This document shows positions 11,101 to 23,100 of a DNA stretch of 37,258 bases, one piece after another; the first letter of the stretch is position 1; every line of letters starts with the position of its first letter. The stretch spans positions 1 through 37,258 of the forward strand of contig DF237005.1 in assembly GCA_000708835.1 (NCBI GenBank), given 5' to 3'. Source of the stretch: Klebsormidium nitens (Eukaryota; Plantae; Klebsormidiophyceae). A program made the translations under genes and the position numbers. The notes under the pieces were generated by a model. The model made no database searches, had not been told where the DNA came from, and saw only the letters and a program-made list of their open reading frames with translations.

Positions 11101-14100
11101 TCCGTCGTCTGCGCGCCGTCAAAAGGCTGGGTCACTTCGTTGAAGGCCCCCCCGGCATTGCTGACCTCGTCCATTGCCTTCAGTACGTCATCCACTGCAT
11201 CAAGGACGTCAGTCAGCTCATCGCTGACTCCATCCCGGGGGGCGCTTCGAAACTCGTCGCCCTCCGCTCTCTCGGTTCCGCCGCCCCTCATGTTGGACAA
11301 CGCGGAGCCGGAAACCTCTTCGCCGCTCGCTTCGCTCTCTCCATCACTTCCGCTGTTCGGCATCCATTCAGGATCCTCTTCTGAGCTCGAGTTGTCAGAG
11401 GTTTTCCTAAAATTCTTTCGCTTGCGAACCTTGGAAGCGTCCTTTTGCGGCGGACTCGAGTTATCGCCAGAGCCCACACCGCCAGCGACGGAACGCTTTC
11501 GCCTGCGGGTGACTTTCAGGCGGCGCGGCCGCGGCCGCGTTCCGAACGCCCGCACCGGACCTTCCTGCCCTTCGCCTCCTGTTTCCATCTTGGTCACATC
11601 CGACGGGTTTACAGCGTCCACGTCATTCTGCACCATGTTCGTGACGCAAGCGAGCGCTGCCCCAATTGATTGCGATCCGTCGCTCAACTTTTCCGTTTCG
11701 ATCCCCAGGGCGCCGTCAGAGCGGGCGGAAACAGACCCCGGAACGGCCCCCTGTTCGGTCTTTCCACTAGACACTTCTGGCAAATCCTGCTTTCGCTCGT
11801 CTTCGGCGGAGGCAGAGGGAGCTCCACTTCGCAGCGTCTCCGAACCCTGAGCTGCTTCAACCCTCTCCGGGTTAGAAGACTTCTCCTTTTCGCCCCTATC
11901 GCTACTCGCTTTCAAACCAGTCCATCCAGAAGTGGTATTCTTCCATCCGTCTTCGTTCCCATCCCAACCTCTGTCACCTTCTTGGCTCCCCCTCTCACCA
12001 CCGCTCCGGTGCTTATCAGTCTCCTCCCCTCCCTTTTGCGTCTCCATCCCGTCTTCGTCTTCCCCCCACCTCTCGCCAGGAGCATTCTCTTCCTGACCCT
12101 TTCCTTCTTCTGACCCTGAATCCTCGTCGTACCACCATTCCGTTCCAGGGGTAGGAAACTTCTTCCGCTCCAGGCCCAGAAACGGAACCTTCGAGGGCGA
12201 ATCCAGCAGCACTCCCACCCCGCGCGCTCCACGCGCGCGCGCACGTTCCGTCCGCTTGATCGGCTCCGGCTCGGTGCGCGCGCCCACTCTTTTGGAGTAC
12301 TTCGCCCGGGCTCCGTCCCATTCTGTAGAGGGAAACCGAACCACGTGGCCGTCTGCCGACGTCACCATGCCTAGTTCGTCGAAGGTCAAATCGCCCAGAT
12401 GGAACATAAGGTTCTTGCCCTGGAAGGAGAAAAGAGCGATGTCAGATTAGAGCAGAGCCTTAATTACTTTTTCCCCATCTTCCGGGTGCTTGCATGGGGT
12501 TGGCAGAACGAGGAGTCCTGACACTGGAGAAAAGTGGGGAGAATATGGCTCATCAATGATCAAAGAAGGGGCTTTCTCATTGATGAGCCAGATTTTTTTT
12601 CCACCTTGAAGAGAGGAGCGTATTCGAAGCTGACGTGCCCTTCTATTCTAAGCCTGCAACCGTCCCTCTTCAGAACCAGCAACCCTTGGTAGCTTTTGCA
12701 GAGGCAATGCCAGCTTTTCTAAAGATGCAACTTTCTAAAAAGTTTCCGAGCCAATTTTTTTTTTTAACTTTTTGCTTGGCTTGCTTCTCTCCTATGCTGC
12801 ACCCGATGTTCCCTGACGCGACAGGAGCAGAAGATGAATCATCAAGAATGACGCTACAAACTTCCGACGTTTTATTAAGTGGACTGATGAATCTTCTATA
12901 TCAGATCAATTTCGAAATAGAAACACAAATGCAACCAGCTAAGCGAAGCATACCAAGAGAGGATTTAGAGTTCCTCACAATACTGTACGGTAGGTCATTC
13001 CCGGTCCCCTTCAGCACGAGCGAGTGCCGCTCCGCCATCGCCTGGGCGAAGAAGTGGTCCGCGCGCGTGCGCGCGCCGGACACCAGCGGCGTCCGGATGA
13101 ACTTGTGGGCCTCAAAGTACGCGGCCGCGAAGCGCGCCTCTTCCCGATACTGGCGCGCGAAGGCGCCCGGCAGTGCGCGCGCGCTGACCAGCCGCGAGCG
13201 GCCGCGGCTCAGTTCGTCGAAGCGAGAAGCCCACCTGAGGGAAAAGAGAATGTTTTGAATCGCCGAGGTGTTTGCGAAAGGAAAGAAAAGTGTCGGCCTG
13301 TCTTCTTTCTTACACTAAAATGGAGCGTCTCTAAGAAATCAGAAAATCCAACGGGTAATATAGAAGCGCCCCCGGACAATCGACTTTGGAAAACGTGAAG
13401 CTTTCTTGACGCGAAAATCGATCGGAGCTTTTCTGCTTCTTCTATGGCGTGAATCAACAAGAAGAATGAATACAAGATCCTGCCAAGTATCAGATTCCAA
13501 ATGAACTTGGTCAAAATCTGTGCCCAAGAGCTCCGGGCTCCACCGAACCGGAACCCAATCCAGATTGCAAGTTCGACATACCCGTGTCGAATTCTCATTT
13601 CGGCCAGAGCCACCGCTCGGCCACCGCTCGGCGCTAGCAAAAATGCGAATAGAAGATTTTAGGCATTGCTCAGATTGAGTCTAAACCTGATGAAGCGATG
13701 CTTTGAACCATCCCTCTCGTAAATATTCCTCGCCCAATCCTTGTTGGCCTTAATGGTAGCTTTTCAAAGTTTCTGATTTCAAAACGACGCGGATCCTTCA
13801 AGACACCTCACCAGCTTTCGGACGGCAGGTGCGGCAGGAAGCGCTCGGTTTCGAGCATCGGCAGCAGCGCGCGCCCCTCCCACAGCTGGAGGCCCTGTGC
13901 GAGCGCCATCTTCTGCAGATTGGCGGGGGATCCCTTCGACCCTGCTTCGTACAGGGCCCGGAAGGCGTTCCCCGGGGGCACGTGTCGGTTCATAAGCGCC
14001 TGCTCCTCCTTTGCGGCGCGCTGCAGGTATCGACTTGTTACGGAGAATTTTGTTTATCTTCTATATTTGTGCCAAATCCGAAGGGCTCGATTGCATCTCG

Positions 14101-17100
14101 TCAGTACCTCGACCTAATCCAACAGAATTCTCAGGTGCAGCAGTGTTTTCGAGACAGGCATCGCGACAGTGTTGAATGAGAGATGCTGTTGAGATTCAGC
14201 TTGTGTTTGATGAACGATCCGCGAGGCTGAATTGACGTCTTGTAGCAGAAGTTAGGGGGCAAAATACTCCAACATGTATGTATGTGTAAAAATTGCGACC
14301 AATACTTGTTGGAATTTTCACTAACTTATCAATTCTAGGATGCGGAACTTACAAGGAGTTCAGAAGAGAAGCATGTACACAACTGTTGTGTCAGGACTGC
14401 CAGAGATTGCCACTTTTCATCCTTGTCCTGAGGACCAGCGTTCTATCTTCAGAAAGAAACTTCGTCCTTGAATGATGAACATTTCTGACAGAGCGACCAC
14501 ACAATGTTTCTCCTCACCTCGAATACGCGGATCACATCGCTCTGCGCTTCTTCGTCCCTCCGAAGACGGCCCCACCAGTTGGCCCTCCTCTTCACAGGCG
14601 GCCCGTGACATTCTTCTTCCCTGCCGACTTCCTCGCTTGCCGTCCGCTCCGGCGCCTTCCGCTTCCGCCCGCTCCCTTCCGGCGGAACCCCAACCCGGCT
14701 CTCCTCGGCCGACAGCGCACCAGTTGAATTCCATTCCTTTCTTAACCCGTTCTTAACCCACCTCCCTTGACCAATCAGCTTTTTCACCTGTCTCAGATCT
14801 TCCAGCGCGAAGCGCATCCCCGCCCTCTTTCTTCCGGTCACCGCGGCCGCGGCCGCCTTCTCGTCGAGCGCGCGCGCGGGTTGGCGCTTCGGCGCCCGGT
14901 TTTCTCCCCCGGGGATCCGTTCTCCATCCAGTTCCGTTAGCCCCGAACCTTCCTTCGAGGACCCCGTTCCGCCCCAGCCGGTTCCGGTTCCGTCCCATCC
15001 TGTTCCGCCCCAACCGGGCGGGTCCGACCGACCGGTCTGTCTTACTGGCTGGTTATCCTGGTTATCTGCGTCCCCACTCAACCCCCCTAGTGACACACCC
15101 TCTCCCAGGCTGACGTCAGCATCGCCTCCTCTCACGGCATTCAGTACCACTGTGACGTCACCAACGCCGTCTTTGACTTCATCCTGCTCCATCACGGCGT
15201 CAAAATCGGGATCGCTCCACGCCTCTCTCTGCAGCGGATCGTCCTCGGGGGATCCTCCTCCCCGGAGGCGCGCGGGCGCGTCGCTCACGCTCGCGGCCCC
15301 GCTCGCGTCAGGCGGCGCGGCCCCGTCCGAGCTTTCGCTGTCAAGCACCGTCCGCTTCCGCTTCCGCCGCGGAACGGACTCCCTCCTCGCGCCCGGCTTG
15401 CGCGCTTCCCTCGCCTCTAGTTCCTGACGCAAGCGTTCGCCAAGATCGCCCGTGTCCGCATGCATGACCGATTCCGGTTCCGGTTCCGCCGCGCTCATCT
15501 TCACGACGCAGCGGATCGCTATGCGCAACGCCCGCATGCGAATCTGCTCAAATTTGTTTTGTGCCCGGTTGGAAGAACCGGGGGCGCGGCTCGGCGTGAT
15601 CAGCAGGTCCTCGAGGCCTAGGCTGAAGCCCCGGTTGTCCAGGAAGACTCGGGTAAAATGCGTAGCCGCGTCAAGGAAGCGCACCGCGGCCGCGGCGCCG
15701 TACCTGGGGCAAAAGATTGCAATCATCCGGTCATCAAAATGGGTGTCGGAATCAAGGCTCGGGAAATGCACATTCATTGAGTCTGAGTGTTGTTTGTACG
15801 GACCAGAGTCGAAAGTTTGGTTAATTGAAGTTTCCAGCACCGTAGACTGCCTGGATTGGACACGCGTGTCGTACATCCAGTGATAAGCATGAGATGACAA
15901 GATGCTCAGAGGGTTGACGGCAGAAAGTTTCAGAAGGAAAGCGGAAGCTACGATTGCTTGTCAAAGGGCAAGACAGGAAGGAACGTATCCAGTCAGGCAA
16001 AGCGGTGAAAGTCGTAAACTTCTGACTCGAAGCATAGTACTCGCGGCGGTCTGTTTCTATCTGATTCGTTCTGCTGAAGAACTTTTTCTTTGCTCCCGGA
16101 TCCAAAATGCCCTGAAAGTGCTTTAATTTTGAATTGCCTCGAGCTGCGTGGACAAAAAGAGTAAGCACGCTTTAACTTCAGAAGCCTTATATAAACAGTA
16201 CGAACTAAACTCCCATGAACACATTACGAAACGCCGGTAGGAGAAAGCTTCCTAATACCTACTCTCTAGAGTGGGTTTCCCATCTTGATTGAATCTAACA
16301 GGCTCTGTGCTCAAAAGCGCAATCCCAAGCCCAGGCAAACCAACTTCAGAAACACCTTTTTGGTAGATACTTTCTGTGCAATCTTCAAAAAGGGTTCTTG
16401 TCAGGGCGACCATCAAGTCGCTCACATTCTCCACAGGGTCGCCACGAGGCCGTCCGGCGCCTCCCCTAGCCACGTGGCGCCCATCCGTGCGCCGTAGAAT
16501 TCCGCCCGTCCCCTCGCGATCCGGACGCCGTCTTCTTCGCTAGCGTACGTAAAGCCGTCCGGAAGCGCGGCGCATAGGATCTGGTCCGCGGTGTAAACAG
16601 GCTCCCCGTCGAGCTTTCGTCTAGCGGGGGGATCCGGAAGCAGCGTTTGCTCCCCCCCATCCGCTTCAGTTCCGGTTGGGGGGTCAAATTGCAGCCGTTT
16701 TTTCGACCCCCCACTGCGAGAAGCTTCGTCCGGTATGCCCACAACAAGCTGGCAGGCGTCCGCACGGGTGAAGTCAACCGGGGCCCCCTTTCTGCCTGAC
16801 GTCAGCATGAGGAACACGCCCAACCTGGAGTCCTGCCACAGGGCAACGAGCGCCTGGCCCTTTTGCGTAGACGTGACGTTGGCTGACGTCAGCAGGAGCT
16901 CCTGCGCCTCGGCGCACGCTTCCGGCCCTTGCGGCACGTGAAGGTTCATCTGCGAGTGAGCGTCGAACAACGCTGTTAGATGCTTTCTTTGGAGCAAATG
17001 AAAGCAAAAGAAGTGGGTGAGCATTGGGATGACTTGCAGTGAACTCGCTCGACCACGTTCACACGAGAGCACCGGTTTTAAACTCCGCTTCCGATAGACC

Positions 17101-20100
17101 CTGACCCCCGGTTCTCGCTCCGTGCACCCGCTTTGAATGAGCGACTCTGTTCAAACCCCTCCACGGTACCTTACTACGGAGCTTGTTATGTATGCTCGTT
17201 TTAACCGCGCATTTGCGCAAGCTGCCGGTTTGGAGACATGAGGAGACAGAAAGCCAAATGACTAAGTTAGTCAAGTCTCAACACACATAGCGACAACTAA
17301 CTTGGACTTCGGATGGAGAAAGACTCTCACCTCCTCTATCAATCTAGAACCAGCAGCTTGCTCGGAAGGCTCAGCTAATGCACTTTTTATTTTGTTTTGA
17401 TGCGGGTCACTTGTAATTCATCTATGTTTCTGGCGCCCCAGTCAGCTTTGAAGACCACCGTCGTTTCATGTGCTGAGTCTGACCTATGAAACTACGAGAA
17501 GATTCAGGACGCTCACAGGTTGGAGATGCCCTCAGAGTCTGACTTTCTCAGACCGAAACTTTCTCACACTTTCTCACAGGCCTTTTTGGAGGCGAAGTCA
17601 GTGGCGCTCACCTCATCTCCGTCAAAGTCGCCGTTGCACGCGTGGCAGAGCGGCAGCGGCAACCCAATGGTTTTGCAGTCGGTTAGCTTGACCCGGCTTG
17701 CTAACAGATTGTGCTGCCGGACCGACGGGTTGCGGTTCCACAAGACCAGGTCCCCTTCCGTCAGCAACCTTTCAATGACGTCACCCACTCGCAGCTCGAA
17801 CTGCCCCGGGCTGACGAGGGCGACTTTCCGCCACGTTCCGTTCCGCCGGAACTGGACGATCTGCCCGTCGAACGGACGGACCGGCCTGTTGGGCGCCCGT
17901 GCTTTCTCCCGCTTCTCTTCTTCTTGCACTCTTTCTTCTCCACGTGATCCTTTCTTGGCGACACCTTCCCCTTGCATTCCTCTCTGCGAGTCGCCCCAAA
18001 CCCCAGGCGCCTCGAACTTTGCCCTCGTCTTTCCCCATCCATCTTCACCGCTTCTCTCATTCCTTTCAGCAACCAACTTCTCTTCTTCCACACCCCAACC
18101 GGTTGCCTCTTCTCCTTCACCGGGCGCTTCTTCCTGCCAATTGCTTACGTCATCCGGGTTACTGACGTCATCTCGAGCCACTGCCGCGCCCCAAGCGCCC
18201 GGTTCACCCCAACCGGTCGCCCCTCCCTTATCTTCACCCATACTCTTTCCCGCACTTCCTTGGTTGGTCTCATTTTGTGCGCAGTCAATGTCTTTTTGCT
18301 CCTCTATGTGTTCTTCAATCGGTTCACGGGCTCCTGGACGCTCCGCTTCAGTTGGATTCGCTCCACCTTCCGGGTCGTTGAAGTCCGTTTCCTGCCAGCC
18401 CGTTCCGCTCCGTTCCGTTTTCCAGGCCGTTCCTTCCGCTGCAGCTTCCGAATAACCCCTTCTTCCCCTCCCACTTTCAACCTCCATCCTGTCCACTGGT
18501 TTTTGGGGACTTTCCGTTGTGTCTCCGTCAGCAGAATCAGCCTCCTTCATGCAGTCAACATTACCCCATCCAGACCCTCCGCCCCACACTGGCTGGCTTT
18601 CGAGATCGGCGTTCCGTTTAGTTTCCGTTCCGCTCTTCCGCTGCTCGTCCATCCCTGCCTCGACAGAACGCTGCTTCCCCGCATCGCCCACGCCGCCCCA
18701 CCCTGTTCCGCCGCCCCATCCCAGCTGGCTTCCGGTGTCCTGATTCCGTTCCGTTCCCTGTCCTCCGTTCCGCTGCTCCTCTATGACTACGTCACCTGAA
18801 CGCTGCTTCTCCGCACCGCCCACATCACCCCAACGAGTTCCCCCGTCCCCTTCCGGCTGGGTTCCGGTGTCATCATTCCGTTGGTTTCCCGTTCCGTTCC
18901 GCTGCTTTTCTAGTCTTACTTCATCGGAACTCTGCTTCTCCGCACCGCCCACTTCGCCACAACCATTCCCTCCGCCCCACCCTTCCACCTCCGGCTGTGT
19001 TCCATCAATCTCTTTCCGCTGCATCTCCGTCCTTCCGTTCCGCTGGCCTGCCGCTTTCTCCTCCCCAGCTCCCCAGCCCCTATCGCTCTGCCGACGAGTC
19101 CTTTGGTTCTGATCGCCTTCCGATTCTCTACCGGTCTCAAATGCCTCTCCCGCCCTAGTTGCAGTCCCATCATTTGACGGGCCCTCGGTTGCATCTTCCG
19201 GGCACTCTTTCAACGGCTCGTCTCTCTCCAGGAGTCCTCGGGCGGCTCGAATTGATCGCTCGAAAATTCCCTGCAGCCTCGGCAGGTTCAACGACGTCAC
19301 CCTCTCCGTTTTTCTGAGGCCCATCTCCCGGGGGACTTCGACCGCGGTCACGCTGACGTCAGCGGCGGGCGAGATAACGCTGCGGCCGCTGTAGTCGCTC
19401 CGTTTGCCCTTGAGGAGCGCCACGTGGCCCTCTTTCGGCTCTTTGGGCGGCTGGATCAGGTCGAGGATGCCCCGGTCTTTCTTGGTGGGCGCTCGGGCCT
19501 GCATTAGAATCCGAGCTTCAGTTTCTTTCTGCTCCGAGGAGGACTGGTGTACTGATTCTGAAGGTGTTTCAGAGAACCCGGTTTGGAAGGCGCAGGTATG
19601 TATCTCTGAAGCTTTGACCCCTTGACCACGATTGGTCTAAGGGAATCAGAAATAAATCACGTTTCGTTTGTAGAAAAAGTTCTTAATGCACGTCTCTTCG
19701 GGTGTCCGCCAATGCAAGTAGCGACTGCCCGGCGTCTGACGGAACCTGCCGGACCGTCGGTCACACGGTCGGGAAAGACAGATGATGAACAAGAGCCAGA
19801 AGGTGGATCGCCGAGTATCAGAAAAAGTTTTGACGAGCGGACTTGGCTCGCAAAAGAAAAGTACAATCGGAATCCACTGAGGGGCTTGTGAATGTGAGCG
19901 GATCTGTCACGAGCACCATGTTCCCTTCTCTAGTGGTTCTTCCACAAGGGCTTAGCTTGCTTCGAACAACATCCTGAACAAACGATCCATCATGTTTGCC
20001 GCTATTCCGGCGCGCTGCTCTGTCTGAAGGTGCGTGCCAACTCTTCGTTAAATTCCATCAGCTGCGGACACAAGTACAGCTCTGTTCAAACCCCGACAAG

Positions 20101-23100
20101 TCGAAAACTGCAGAGTAACTCGGCACGTTCCCAAACTCCCACGAAATCAAGCCAGTGTCGAAAGACGTGTTCCCCGCACCTTCCGCTGTTCCGCTGTTCC
20201 GCTCTCCGGCTCCTTGGCGGCCGCGCGGAAGAAGGAGTTGACGGGCGGCTGCAGGCGCTCGAGCTCGAACACGTCAGGCACTTTGCCGGCGTCCTTCAGT
20301 TGTTTCAGCTTCTTGTTGGCCGCCAAGATTGACCGCAGACATCGGGTGATGTGGTCCTGAATCACGACAGGTCGTAGTCTCAGATTTTCCATCGTGTAAC
20401 GCTTAAGTATCCACAGGGCTGCTTCTAGGGCTCTCGAGAGGTTGAATGACCGAGATTATAGAGTGATCAATCTTCCTTTTGCGAGAGAAAACATTCAGGA
20501 GTGGGATTGAATGAATGACCGTGAACCTTCTGCTTTTCTGAAACGAGGAAATGTGCGACTCTGGACGTATGCTCGACATCCCCAGATTGATTCCATTTTT
20601 GTGCTCTAGTAGTACTGGCGGGAGCCACATTGGATGCTTCTTCCGTTATGACTTGAGCTTTTGCACAAATCTAGGGATGATAAGGGACTTGAAGTTCCGA
20701 AGCAGAATACTGTAATTCATTGCGTAGAAGACTTCCAGATTCTTCAGGGTCTGACAGTTTTGCTTCTCCTTGAATTCTTGACTGGAAGCAGAACACTATG
20801 AAGACCCTCTTTTAAAGGCTTGTACGAGTTGAACCACTTGATCAATCTGCTCTCACGTTTGTCAAGAATTTCAGGAACCGCAGCTTACCACTTTCAAGCG
20901 GGAGGCCCACTCCGGAGCGATCCGGAGGTGCGGGGGCGGAACGAGGAGAACGGAATGAACTAGCCACTCCGGTCGGCCAAGACCTCCCCGCGGCTTGAAA
21001 CCCCTCCACTCCTCGTCAGTGATCTTTTTGAAAAGCCTCTGGACCTGCAACGGTAATAAAAGATCACGTGGGCTTTTGTATTCACGCATCAAAATCGGTG
21101 CTGTTCTGGTTGACATCAGCGTTCTACGGGAAGATAGACTCCTCATGGGCTGTTTTGAGCCTGTTCATAGGCCGTCACAGATCGCGAACCCGACTCATGT
21201 ATAGCGTTGAGAAATTGACTCAGAATTTTGACTAGAATGATGGTTTTTGGCGCCTCAGAGTGTCCCCGTCTCCAACGCAGGGATACGCATAGAAGACCAG
21301 GCTGCCCAAACAGCACATTCTTTGGTCCGAACTTGCGCTTCGTCGAAGGTCTGTCAGATGCCTTTCAATGGAGCAATATAGCATGAATATGATGCAGGGC
21401 CTCCAAGAAAGTCTCTTTGAAGAAAGCCTCTGAGCCTCGTGGCTTTGCCGCGACCCATCGTTTGACAGGTTGCAACTGCATGTCGCCAGATTCTGTATAC
21501 ACGTTGCTTCCGAGCGACTGCACAGGTGGAGTTACAAGCAACTGGTCGCCGCGGCACACTTTCAAACGCGCCTAGGACGTAGGGGACTGGTTCAGATTCG
21601 GCGACCGAGAGCAGGCCGTGGTCCGCTTTCTTGGACGCCATCTCCGTCCTACGTGGCCAGATTCGCGGCGACTGCGACTGCGTTACCGCCGTCTCACGGT
21701 CGCCGGCACGGGGCTTACCGCTTTTGCGTCGAAGTCTTCTCGGAACTCGACGTCGGCTCTCTTCTTGCACACCGCGCAGAGCATCCGCCGGAACTGCAGA
21801 ACCTTCGCCTCAGCGGACTCTTTCACGGAATCCTCGCAGCAAACCTCGCCCCCATCGCTCTCATCTCCTTCGCTTGATTCCGCCGGAACGCGTTCCGCGG
21901 CTCTCCGGCCGGCTTTCGGACGGAGCTGCAGCCGGTGGCCGTTGAAGTTGAGCAGCGGGGGCGGCTGCATCGCATGAAAAGGAATAGATCATAACTCTTT
22001 GTTTTCGTTAACACTGCACACTTATTGTTGATCGATTATCTTTCTCACACATGTTAGATTGCTTGAATGCTCAAGAAGATTGGTCATGCATTTTAGCAAT
22101 AGCGTTCAATCGACGAAGCGAGGGGCTAAGATTGCCAAACCATATCTAGATCTCAAAGCTCTCACGGCTAGCATTGGAAGACTTTTGCAGGATGGGCTCC
22201 TTTTAGAAATGCACCCGAGCTTTTTATCAAGCACAGAAACTAAAATTATTTACCTCAGTAGTTCCTAATGATTCTGATACTCGCCTATTCATGTCAAAAG
22301 TGGCTTCCTAAGAAGCGATTCCCTTTCCTTCTAGTCGACGTTCTGAAAAGGGGCCTTTAAAAACAAACCTTCTGAAGACATACTCTAATGGTTGCGCTGC
22401 AACCATTAGAATTCTCTACTTGCTCCAGAAGAAAGACTCCCTTGTCGAAGAGCCCCACTTTAGACCAGCACGTTTGAGTTGTGGCCCAATTAAAGGTTGG
22501 CAGTCAATGGGGAACCGCAGAACGCACTCCTTCACTAACTCTCTGCCCAGAACGCGTAGCTACTCAGTACTTGAAAGTGACTTCAAGATCAGAAGGTATA
22601 CAACTGTTGCTTAGGTATGCCTTAAAGCCGTCTCGATTTTGCGTCAGCCATTGTACGAGATTCGACTCTCACCACCTTTCTGCTGAGGCGTCGTCGGCAA
22701 TTGACGCAGAAAGAGAGCAGCACTTGGGTGACTTTTGGGATGAGATGTGGGAAGAACACTGGGAAGACGAGCTCGATATGGCCCCAGTGTCCTGCGAAAA
22801 GTAACAAACGGGCGACTTCAGCTGAAGGTCACGGAAGCATGCCGCACGTCGCTCGACCCTGTTAGACACAGGGTCGCAGCGACGTCAGCAAACAGCACGT
22901 GGGCTCCAGGGTGTTCGGCCCGGTTGACAGCAGTTTTTCGTCTCGATTGAGGCACGTGACTACATGAGTGGAGGCGCTCCGCCTTTGGCCTTCAACAAGG
23001 CATGAGCGGAAGATACTCTGCTAGAATTCGAAAACCCTGCTTCAGATGCAACGTGATTGTGATTGTGATACGAAGCTTGTGCTTTTGTGCAGCTTTTCTT

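Noticed and set aside
10684-11850. Long plus-strand ORFs (also 3674-4294, 17520-18455, 17972-18799, 30384-31007)
   Set aside because: They are antisense shadows of GC-rich, low-complexity coding exons: Ser/Pro-rich mirror composition and no motifs.
17145-20094. Identical 15-mer CTCTGTTCAAACCCC in two introns (17145-17159 and 20080-20094)
   Set aside because: A rough calculation gives about 0.6 such matches by chance in a 37-kb window.
22673-22791. GHWGH (E3) and LGWWT (E16) as AGO-hook motifs
   Set aside because: They are isolated Trp residues in folded core segments (GHFGH-equivalent), so they were excluded from the GW/WG counts.
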